From: a virus
Direction: 5' to 3' (one strand)
Virus record (IMG/VR): IMGVR_UViG_2928611649_000001
Coordinates: 1-64,000 of that record
DNA: 64,000 nt
The notes beneath the pieces were generated by a model. That model worked only from the letters and a program-made list of their open reading frames with translations, ran no database searches and was not told the DNA's origin. Made by a program: the position numbers and the translations under genes. Shown piece after piece: positions 56,181 to 64,000 of the stretch (position 1 is the first letter of the stretch; every line of letters starts with the position of its first letter).

Positions 56181-56482
56181 GCAAGGCCGCCGACGGCAAC
56201 GCAGTCGGTGATCACGTTGATGCCGCTAAGCGTCACCCGCTCTACAAGGCGGATGACGCGCCGGCGGCGCCTGAGGTGCCGCTGGAGCTTGAATACCTCT
56301 GGCTGCTGTTCCTCAAGCTCAGCCGCAAGAGGCAGAACGGTATGGGGCCAAACCCCATCACCAGCGAGGAAGTTCTCGCCTGGTGCACCCGCCAGCAGGT
56401 CGTGCTCACCCCATCCGAACACACGGTCATCGACCAAATCGATGACCTGTTCCTGTCGCAACAATACAAGAAGGAAAAGTGA
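55680..56482 (+). CDS. Tail assembly chaperone G-T fusion produced by a programmed -1 ribosomal frameshift at A_AAT_TTT (~56117-56123)
   Basis: The -1 frame is open from the slippery heptamer to 56482. The frame-2 ORF 56276..56482 encodes a T-like domain (LEYLWLLFLKLSRKRQNGMGPNPITSEEVLAW). Confidence 0.5.
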
Positions 56483-59400
56483 TGCCTGATATCGCCTCAA
56501 TCGGACTCGGCATGGATTCGCGGCCTGTTGTGGAAGGCACTAAGGCACTTGATGCCCTTGGTGCGTCCGCAACAGCTGTAGAGCCGAAGATCGATAAGGT
56601 CGCCAAGGCGGCGGATGGAATGAGCGAGGCGAGCGCCAAGGTCTGGCGTTACGGCACCGATGCGGCTAAGGCGGTTGAGGCGCTGGGCGCGGCGAGTGCG
56701 CGCACCGGAGAGCGCACCCAGGCCACCAATGGCCAGATGTCCGACACGGCCAAGATCATGCAAGCCCAGGCCACCGAGGCGCGCGCAGCAGCCCAGGCCA
56801 ACGTCGCGCTGGGGGCCTCCTCTCAGCAGATGACCATCGGCTCCCAGCTCTTCATCGAGAAGCTACGCGAGCAGGCCGCCACAGTGGGCATGAGCCGCTC
56901 GCAGCTGGCCGCCTATCAAGCGGCGCAGCTGGGCGTCTCGCGGGAGGCTGAGGCCTCCGTGGCAAAGCTGAAGGCCTACGAGGAAGCGATCAAAGGGGCG
57001 GCCGATGCTAAAGCTCAGGCGGCGAAGCAGACCAACGTACTGACCGACGCCATCAAGATCCTGGCGGCTGGCTACGGCGCACTGAAGCTGACCGAATACA
57101 TCAAGGACGCCGCGCTGCTGGCCGCGCGTTACGAGACGCTGGGCATCGTGTCGACCGTCGTCGGCAAGAACGCTGGCTACACCAAGACGCAGATGGACAC
57201 GGCCACCGACGCCATCGCGCGTCAAGGCATCACCATGATCGAGTCGCGCCAGTCGGCAATCAAGCTGGTGCAGGCACACGTCGACCTGACCAATGCGACC
57301 GGCCTGGCCCGAATCGCGCAGGATGCCGCGGTGATCGGCAACATCAATTCGTCCGAGGCCTTCGACCGCCTGGTCAACGGCGTCGCTCGCGGCAACACCC
57401 TGATCCTGCGCAACATCGGCATCAACGTGAACCTGCAGGCGGCGTATCAGCAGATGGCGGCCGAGCTTGGCAAGAGCACGAAAGAGCTGACCGAGAACGA
57501 GCGGGTGCAGGCGCGCCTGAACGCCGTGCTCGAACGCGGGACCGACATCGCCGGCACCTACGAGGCCTCGATGGACACGGCCGGCAAGCAGCTGAAGTCC
57601 ATGCAGCGCTACACCGAGGACCTGAAGACCGTCATCGGCGAGACCTTCACCGAGGTGCTGACCATCGGCGTCATGGCGCTGACCGACCACCTCAAGGACG
57701 CGAACAAGGAAGTCAACGAGCTCTCAAAGAATCAGCAACTGCACGAGTGGGGCCGCTCCTTGGCTGACGTGTTCATCTGGGTTGCGAACAAAGTCGGCAA
57801 TGCCACGACACTGCTGCAGCAAGCATCGGCATGGGCTGACCACAAGTCCGCGCGCGATGACATCGACTCGAAGTACAAAGGCCTGGCTAACGACAACGCC
57901 AAGAACTCCAGTTTCTGGGATATCGGCTTCTCCGATTCCGGGAAGCGCCTGGCTGCCGCAAAGGCCGCCGAAATGGCGGAGGAGAACGTCGCTTACGTGA
58001 CCCAGCAGGCAAAGCTTGCCGGGCAATACGACGCCTTCGCAAAGGCGGGCGCCGAGCGCGAAACCGTGATGACGGCCAAGCACAAGGCCGAGGCAGACGC
58101 ACGCCTGAAGGTCGATACCGATTATGCGGAGAAGTCGCGTGCGGTGCAGGTTGCATACGCCGGGTACAGCCTGAAAATCCAACAGGATGCCCAGATGGCG
58201 CTGGCCAAGTCCGTGTACGTCGGCACTCCAACGTTCCGTGATACCGAAGGCCGTGAGCCGAAGGCAAAGGTCAATCAGGTCGAGAGTACCGAGTTGGCGG
58301 ACCGGCTCGCCCGCATCCAGGACCTGGTCGGCGCCGAGAAGCAGATGTACGACACCATGTCGAAGATGGACGACATGTTCCATGCCGCCGGAAAGATGGG
58401 TGACGCCGAGTATTACCAGAACAAGCGCGACTACGCGGCCGCCGCGGCGAAGGACCAGATCGACGGCTACACCAAGCAGATCGCTGACCTGCGGGCGTAC
58501 CACAACGCGACCGCTGCTGAGGCGGCGAAGCATGCCAAGCAGATCAACGACATCGAGGCGAAGCGCGCGGCCGCCGGCGTGAATGCGCAGGATGAGCAGA
58601 ACCTCCTGACCGCCAAGGAATCCCTGCGCCTGGATGCGATTGCATCCGCATCCGAGGATGCCACAAATAAATACCTCGCCGGCCTGGATCAAGAGGCTAA
58701 AAAACTGGAAGAGTCGAACGCCGCGCACGAAACATCGAAGGGTGCCGTCGAGCGCGAGAACATCGCCCGCCTGGATGCTGCCATCGCGGCCCAGCAGCAG
58801 TTCATGGCCGAGCAGGTGCTGTTCGGCGCCACCGACGCCGAGTTGGCGCAGGCGCCAGTCATCCTGAAATATCTGGAGGACGTGCGCGCCGCGCGTGCGC
58901 GCATTGCCGCAGGCATGGATCAGCAGCAGGCCGGCCAGTTCAAGGACAAGATGGCCGACCAGGCGATCAAGGATTGGCAGCGCGCTGGCCAGAGCATCGC
59001 CGATAGCCTGACGTCCGCCTTCGGCGCCGGCGGCAAGGCACTGGGCGGCATGTTCCAGGCATATGCCAAGGGCATGGAAGGGCAGCTGCGCGCGCAGAAG
59101 GACCTGGCCCTCGCCAAGAAGCAGGCCGATGACGATCCGGCAAAGATCGAGGCGATCAACCGCGCCCAGCTGGCCGGTGCCCAATCGCAGATCCAAGGCT
59201 ACGCCGGCATGACGTCCGCTGCCCAGGGATTCTTCGCTGAGGGCTCGCGCGGCTACCAGGCCATGCACGCAGCGACCGTGGCGTTGCAGGGCGCCGAGAT
59301 TGCGCTCAGCCTGATCAAAGGCGTCAACGCGGTGCTGACGCAGGGTGAGGGTGATCCCTACTCGGCGTTCGTTCGCATGGCCGCCATGGCCGCCATCGTG

Positions 59401-62400
59401 ACTGGCCTGGGCGTTGCGCTCAGCGGCGGTGGTGGCGGTGGTGGCGGGCAGTCGGCCGCCGACGTCCAGAAAGCACAAGGCACCGGTTCGGTGTTCGGCG
59501 ACAGCTCCGCGAAGTCGGACTCGGTGCGCCATTCGATCGAGCAGATGTCGGCGAATACCGACCTGCTGGTCCCGATCAACCAGGGCATGCTGACGTCGCT
59601 CAAGGCGATCGAGGCGTCGATGGTTGGCCTGACCAACCTGGTGGTGCGCACGCCGGGCGTCACCGACGGCACCAACATGGGCATCCAGACCGGCACAATC
59701 GGCAAGTCGACTGGGGCATCCATCGCCGCCGGCGCGCAGGTTGGCTCGATGATCGGCGGTTATATCGCTGGCCCCGTAGGCATGATGGTCGGCGCCATCG
59801 GTGGGGCAATCGTCGGCGGCCTCAAAAGCATCTGGGGCAAGACGACTCAGAACATTGTTGATTCCGGCCTTCAGTATGGCGGCAGTGTGCGTAGTCTCCA
59901 GGACGGGAAGGGCTTCGACCAGTACGCCAGCGTGGATACCACGAAGTCGAGCTTCTTTGGCCTGTCGAAGAGCACCAGCAACTCCGTGCAGACCCAGGGC
60001 TTGAATGATGAGCTGTCGAAGCAATTTGGCCTGATCTTCACGAACCTGGACAAGTCCCTGCAGGCCGCATCGGTGGCACTGGGCGGCTCGGCCGCCGACG
60101 TGACCAAGGTGCTGGACGGCCTGACGCTGGAAAGCACCAAGGTCTCGCTCAAGGGGCTGACCGGCACGGCGCTGACCGATGCGCTGAACTCGGTCATTTC
60201 GAAATCGATGGACGACATCGCGTCGGCCGCCTTCCCGCAGATGGACCAGTTCCGCAAGGTGGGCGAGGGTTATGCCGAGACCGTCATGCGTATCGCCGGC
60301 GACTACGCCAAGCTCGACTCGATCCTGGCTGCTACCGGCACGACGTTCGGCCCGGTAGGCATGGCCAGCCTCGCTGCGCGCGAGCACCTGATCGAGCTGG
60401 CCGGCGGCATCGACCAGCTGAACAGCCAGACGAACTCGTTCTCGCAGAACTTCCTGTCGAAGGCCGAGCAGCTGGCGCCGGTGCAGAAGTACGTCACCGA
60501 CCAGCTGGCCGCCATGGGCCTGCAGAGCCTGACCACGCGCGACCAGTTCAAGGACTACGCGCTGGGCCTAGCCAACTCCGGCGCTCTCGCCACCGACGCC
60601 GGCGCGCAGCAGTACGCCTCGCTGATGGCTCTGTCTGAAGCCTTCGCCAAGACCCATGCCGCCACGGTCGACCTGACTAAGTCGGAGCAGGAAGTTGCTG
60701 ACGAGCGCACCGACCTGCAGAACAAGCTCGACGATCTGACGATGTCGCAGGCGCAGTTGGCGGAGAAAGCTGAGAAGGCGATTTCATCCCACAACCTGGC
60801 GCTATACCAGCAGGTACAGGCTGCCGAATTGCTGGAGAAGAAACGCGCGATGGAAATCACGCTCATGGAGCTGACGGGCGACAAGGCTGGCGCGCTGGCG
60901 GCGAACCGCGCAACTGAACTCGCCGGCATGTCGGCGGCGTTGCGTCCGACGCAAGAGCTGATCTACGCCCAGCAGGATTTGGCCGCGGCAACACAGGAAA
61001 CGGCCACCATCCTCGGCCTACAAGCTCAAATGTACGCTGCCAACGGCGACAAAGTCAGCGCGGCAGCGGTTCTGGAACAGCAGCATGCAGCATCGCTGGT
61101 TGGCCTCACTCCGGCGGTGGCGGCCGCAACGCAGGCCACCTGGGCTGCGCAGGCTGCTGAGAAGGCGAAAAAGGATGCTCTGGACGAGTCGAACGCGATC
61201 CTCGGATTGCAAGCCCAGTTGCTTGCATCCACCGGTGATAAGGCCGGCGCCGCCGCAGTGCTGGAGCAGCAACACATCAACGCCTTGACCGGCCTGACAC
61301 CCGCCGTCGCTCAAGCCACCAAGGAACTGTGGGCAGCGCAGGCGGCCGAGAAATTCCATGCGGACGCCATGGCAAATCGTTCGGCGGTACTCACGCAGCA
61401 GGCCGCCTACTACACGACCATCAACGACAAGGCCAGCCTGGCCCGCGTCACCGAAGATCAGCGCACCGCGTCGCTTGTCGGTCAGACCGCCGAGGTTGCG
61501 AACTGGACGCGCATGGCATGGGCTGCAGCGGATGCCGAGAAGGCGCGCACCAACGCGCTGGCGGAATCGAACGCGATATTGCAGCTGCAGGCGCAAACTG
61601 CCGCCGCAACCGGTGACCAGGCTGCCGCGGCTGCGGTTCTTGAGCAGCAACATACCAATGCCATGATTGGCTTGTCGCCGGCCGTAGCGGATGCTACTCG
61701 GACGATGTGGGCCGCCGAGCAGGCTGCGAAGGCCAAGGCCAGTGTTGATAGCTTGACCGTCGAACTCCTCAACGCTCAAGGGTTGTCGCAGGAGGCTGTC
61801 AACCTGCAGCGCCGGGCGGAGATTGCCGCCCTCTCGGACACTGAGCGCGCGCTCAAGGAGTCCACTTATGCGGCGATCGACAAGGCCAAGACGGGCAGCC
61901 TGCAAGTTCAGCTTCTGCAAGCGCAGGGCAATGATGCGGCGGCCACCGTCCTTCAGCGTCAACAAGCGCTTGCCGCACTCGGCGTTCAGGATCGCGCCCT
62001 TCAGCAGGCAATTTACGACGCGCAAGACAAGCATGTAGCTGACCAACAGGCCGCTCAGGTTGCTGCGGCCATGGCTCAGGCCCAGCAGCAGGCGGCCGAG
62101 GAGTCGAAGCGCGCTGCCGAGGCGCTGAAATCCGCATGGCAGGGCCTGACCGATTCGATCACCGATGAGGTGAAGCGTATCCGCGGCCTGATCGATGGTG
62201 GTGGTGAGCAGTCCTACGCCAGTTCGCAGGCGGCATTTGCCATCGCGACGGGGCAGGCGCGCTCCGGCGATCAGGACGCGGCGAAGTTGCTGCCAAGCCT
62301 GTCGAAAGCGATGCTCGACCTGGCGGAAGCCAACGCCGTGACGTCGTTCGATCTGCGCCTGGCGCGCGCGCAGGCAGCAGCAAGCCTGACGCAGACCAAC

Positions 62401-62727
62401 AGCATCATTGCCGCGCAGTTCGGCTTGAAGGTGCCGAGCTTCGACGTCGGCACCGACTACATAAGCCAGACAGGCCTGGCCCTTGTGCATCAGGGCGAAT
62501 CGATCACGCCTGCTGCGTCCAACCGTCCGTACACGCAATCGAACGCCGGCGGCGGCAACGCCGAACTGGTGGCCGAGATTCGCGCGCTGCGTGCGGAAGT
62601 GGCTGCACTTCGCAGCGACAACTCGACATGGAGTGCGCCTATGGGGCGCGACATGAAGCGCGTGGCTGACACGCTGGAAATTGTCACCGATGGCGGCAAC
62701 GCCATGCGCACGAAAGAGGAGGCGTAA
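56479..62727 (+). CDS. Tail tape measure protein (2082 aa) with internal ~50-aa tandem repeats
   Basis: Size and position. Repeats of ILGLQAQ..GDK..AAAVLEQQH..L.GLTPAVA.AT...WAAQAAEK occur about 4-5 times around 61000-61700. Confidence 0.85.
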   Translation: MMPDIASIGLGMDSRPVVEGTKALDALGASATAVEPKIDKVAKAADGMSEASAKVWRYGTDAAKAVEALGAASARTGERTQATNGQMSDTAKIMQAQATEARAAAQANVALGASSQQMTIGSQLFIEKLREQAATVGMSRSQLAAYQAAQLGVSREAEASVAKLKAYEEAIKGAADAKAQAAKQTNVLTDAIKILAAGYGALKLTEYIKDAALLAARYETLGIVSTVVGKNAGYTKTQMDTATDAIARQGITMIESRQSAIKLVQAHVDLTNATGLARIAQDAAVIGNINSSEAFDRLVNGVARGNTLILRNIGINVNLQAAYQQMAAELGKSTKELTENERVQARLNAVLERGTDIAGTYEASMDTAGKQLKSMQRYTEDLKTVIGETFTEVLTIGVMALTDHLKDANKEVNELSKNQQLHEWGRSLADVFIWVANKVGNATTLLQQASAWADHKSARDDIDSKYKGLANDNAKNSSFWDIGFSDSGKRLAAAKAAEMAEENVAYVTQQAKLAGQYDAFAKAGAERETVMTAKHKAEADARLKVDTDYAEKSRAVQVAYAGYSLKIQQDAQMALAKSVYVGTPTFRDTEGREPKAKVNQVESTELADRLARIQDLVGAEKQMYDTMSKMDDMFHAAGKMGDAEYYQNKRDYAAAAAKDQIDGYTKQIADLRAYHNATAAEAAKHAKQINDIEAKRAAAGVNAQDEQNLLTAKESLRLDAIASASEDATNKYLAGLDQEAKKLEESNAAHETSKGAVERENIARLDAAIAAQQQFMAEQVLFGATDAELAQAPVILKYLEDVRAARARIAAGMDQQQAGQFKDKMADQAIKDWQRAGQSIADSLTSAFGAGGKALGGMFQAYAKGMEGQLRAQKDLALAKKQADDDPAKIEAINRAQLAGAQSQIQGYAGMTSAAQGFFAEGSRGYQAMHAATVALQGAEIALSLIKGVNAVLTQGEGDPYSAFVRMAAMAAIVTGLGVALSGGGGGGGGQSAADVQKAQGTGSVFGDSSAKSDSVRHSIEQMSANTDLLVPINQGMLTSLKAIEASMVGLTNLVVRTPGVTDGTNMGIQTGTIGKSTGASIAAGAQVGSMIGGYIAGPVGMMVGAIGGAIVGGLKSIWGKTTQNIVDSGLQYGGSVRSLQDGKGFDQYASVDTTKSSFFGLSKSTSNSVQTQGLNDELSKQFGLIFTNLDKSLQAASVALGGSAADVTKVLDGLTLESTKVSLKGLTGTALTDALNSVISKSMDDIASAAFPQMDQFRKVGEGYAETVMRIAGDYAKLDSILAATGTTFGPVGMASLAAREHLIELAGGIDQLNSQTNSFSQNFLSKAEQLAPVQKYVTDQLAAMGLQSLTTRDQFKDYALGLANSGALATDAGAQQYASLMALSEAFAKTHAATVDLTKSEQEVADERTDLQNKLDDLTMSQAQLAEKAEKAISSHNLALYQQVQAAELLEKKRAMEITLMELTGDKAGALAANRATELAGMSAALRPTQELIYAQQDLAAATQETATILGLQAQMYAANGDKVSAAAVLEQQHAASLVGLTPAVAAATQATWAAQAAEKAKKDALDESNAILGLQAQLLASTGDKAGAAAVLEQQHINALTGLTPAVAQATKELWAAQAAEKFHADAMANRSAVLTQQAAYYTTINDKASLARVTEDQRTASLVGQTAEVANWTRMAWAAADAEKARTNALAESNAILQLQAQTAAATGDQAAAAAVLEQQHTNAMIGLSPAVADATRTMWAAEQAAKAKASVDSLTVELLNAQGLSQEAVNLQRRAEIAALSDTERALKESTYAAIDKAKTGSLQVQLLQAQGNDAAATVLQRQQALAALGVQDRALQQAIYDAQDKHVADQQAAQVAAAMAQAQQQAAEESKRAAEALKSAWQGLTDSITDEVKRIRGLIDGGGEQSYASSQAAFAIATGQARSGDQDAAKLLPSLSKAMLDLAEANAVTSFDLRLARAQAAASLTQTNSIIAAQFGLKVPSFDVGTDYISQTGLALVHQGESITPAASNRPYTQSNAGGGNAELVAEIRALRAEVAALRSDNSTWSAPMGRDMKRVADTLEIVTDGGNAMRTKEEA

Positions 62728-63779
62728 TGCCAGTTGAATCGGACTTTCGCATCATCCGCCCGCTGTCGATGACGGATGCACTGCTGAGCAGCAGCACTGT
62801 CCCGGAGATCAAGGAGGTGGAATGGAGTAGCGGTTCCACGTATGGCCTTGGTGATGTGCGGGGCGTCTCCGGCGCAAACAACTCTCAGCAGGTATATCAG
62901 TCGCTGGCGGCAGCCAATACAAACCATGCACCAGCCAGCTCGCCGGCATGGTGGAAGCCCATGGGTCTGGTGTATGGGACCTACTCTTCGGGCGCCACCT
63001 ACGCGCTGGGCGACATCGTTACCGTGATCACAGCAAACTCCCATCTGCTGTACCAGTCGGTGATCGCCGCCAACGTCGGAAATCCTGTGTCGGACGTGAC
63101 GAAGTGGACGGTTGTTGGCGCGACCAACCGCTGGCTCATGTTCGATAAATCGGTGCAGAGCCAGACGGTTGCTCCACGGAGCATTACCCAGGTCATCACG
63201 CCGGGGGCGCTCGTCAACACCATCACGCTCCTCAATATCACCGGCGCCAGCGCCACCGTTTCCCAGGCGGTGAGCGGGTACAGCAAAACAAAGCGGTTGC
63301 TGAGCCATGACGTGCTGAACTGGTACGACTGGTACTACGAGGATCTGACCCAGCTGACAGACGTGGTTTTCGATGACGTCCCACCATACCCGGACAGCGC
63401 GCTCACCATCACCGTGGACAACGGCACCGTCGATGCGGGCCTGGGCTGCTGCTTCATCGGCAAGAGCCGAACCATTGGCAGCACGCAGTGGGAACTCACC
63501 GGTGGCGTCCTCAGCTATTCCACCAGCAAGGAGGAGTTGGGCGTCATCACGATGGTCAAGCGCGCAAACGCAAAGCGCCTGAATTTCGAAGTCCGAATCA
63601 ATCTTGGCTTCGAGGACGAGGCATACAGGCTGCTCACGCAATACACCGACGTGGAGATCGTGATCATCGCGACGTCTTCCTACGCCATGGGCTTGGCCTA
63701 CGGCTTCCTGGGGCAATGGAGCGTCCCTATTTCCAACAGCGGAAAAACCGCACCAATCGAATTCCGGGCCCTCACATGA
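62727..63779 (+). CDS. Distal tail / minor tail protein candidate
   Basis: 350 aa, immediately after the tape measure gene. Confidence 0.45.
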   Translation: MPVESDFRIIRPLSMTDALLSSSTVPEIKEVEWSSGSTYGLGDVRGVSGANNSQQVYQSLAAANTNHAPASSPAWWKPMGLVYGTYSSGATYALGDIVTVITANSHLLYQSVIAANVGNPVSDVTKWTVVGATNRWLMFDKSVQSQTVAPRSITQVITPGALVNTITLLNITGASATVSQAVSGYSKTKRLLSHDVLNWYDWYYEDLTQLTDVVFDDVPPYPDSALTITVDNGTVDAGLGCCFIGKSRTIGSTQWELTGGVLSYSTSKEELGVITMVKRANAKRLNFEVRINLGFEDEAYRLLTQYTDVEIVIIATSSYAMGLAYGFLGQWSVPISNSGKTAPIEFRALT

Positions 63780-64000
63780 CGATTACGCAAGTTATTACCC
63801 CGCTCCCGGCTAATCCGGATCCGGCTGTCGATGGCGCAGAGCAGTTCAGCATCAAGGCTGCTGCGAGCGTGCTCGCCCAGAAGGCCATGGTGCCCGAGCT
63901 GAACACGATGACCGCGCAGATGAATACGACCGCCAGCCAGGTCACTACTGACGCTGCCACGGCTACGGCCCTGGCGGCTGCGGCGGCCGCATCGGCCATG
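63776..64000 (+). CDS. Tail protein, 5' partial (continues beyond the window)
   Basis: ATGA-coupled start. Truncated by the window end. Confidence 0.4.
   Translation, partial: MTITQVITPLPANPDPAVDGAEQFSIKAAASVLAQKAMVPELNTMTAQMNTTASQVTTDAATATALAAAAAASAM

Larger units (their letters stand above)
1..64000. mobile_element. Prophage, lambdoid-like. Integrase at the left end and tail genes at the right end; the right end continues beyond the window.
   Basis: Gene order is integrase-excisionase-recombination-immunity-replication/nin-Q-terminase-head-tail. Low-GC morons are interspersed. attL would lie left of position 1. Confidence 0.8.

Noticed and set aside
61000-61750. Tandem ~150-bp DNA repeats inside the tape measure gene considered as a CRISPR array or VNTR.
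   Set aside because: They are in-frame coding repeats of the TMP with imperfect identity. There is no spacer architecture and no cas genes.

Overview
This window is one nearly complete lambdoid/siphovirus-type prophage, about 66% GC, probably in a betaproteobacterial (Burkholderiales-like) host. It runs from a tyrosine integrase and excisionase at the left end (1-1368), through a leftward early region, an immunity switch, a rightward early region, to a late region ending in a 2082-aa tape measure and distal tail genes at the window end. The leftward early region carries Ea22-like, RdgC-FtsKgamma, NinB, YqaJ exonuclease, RecT and an RlmN-like radical SAM enzyme. The immunity switch is a divergent CI-like/Cro-like pair with GTTTAG operator half-sites (21050-21783), followed by an antirepressor. 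The rightward early region carries an SPFH protein, a large C5 DNA methyltransferase, HNH, NinG, a SNF2-helicase/N6-N4-methyltransferase fusion, a Q-like zinc-finger protein and two tRNAs. The late region carries TerS/TerL, portal, head morphogenesis, scaffold, capsid, an SGNH hydrolase, head-tail genes, major tail and a G/GT -1 frameshift chaperone. The standout system is a diversity-generating retroelement (DGR). It consists of a reverse transcriptase (6323-7513) with the DGR-specific IGNLSSQ motif, an Avd accessory gene (7734-8093), and an AAC-rich ~107-109 bp template repeat (7454-7562) that overlaps the RT start. There are three variable repeats, one cis and two remote at about +8 kb and +17 kb (the latter on the opposite strand). 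Each sits at the 3' end of a small paralogous C-type-lectin/DUF1566-like protein. About 35 of 36 TR/VR mismatches fall at TR adenines, and one VR carries an adenine-derived premature stop. Other notable items are a C5-methyltransferase with 11 tandem TRD-like repeats, two low-GC reverse-strand morons (one with an HExxH motif inside the head-tail module), a duplicated small 'TTHPSKQ' protein, and a low-GC moron island with a repeated hairpin element. All coordinates derived by hand (repeats, terminators, trimmed starts) are approximate to about +/-3 nt, up to about +/-10 nt for some terminators.
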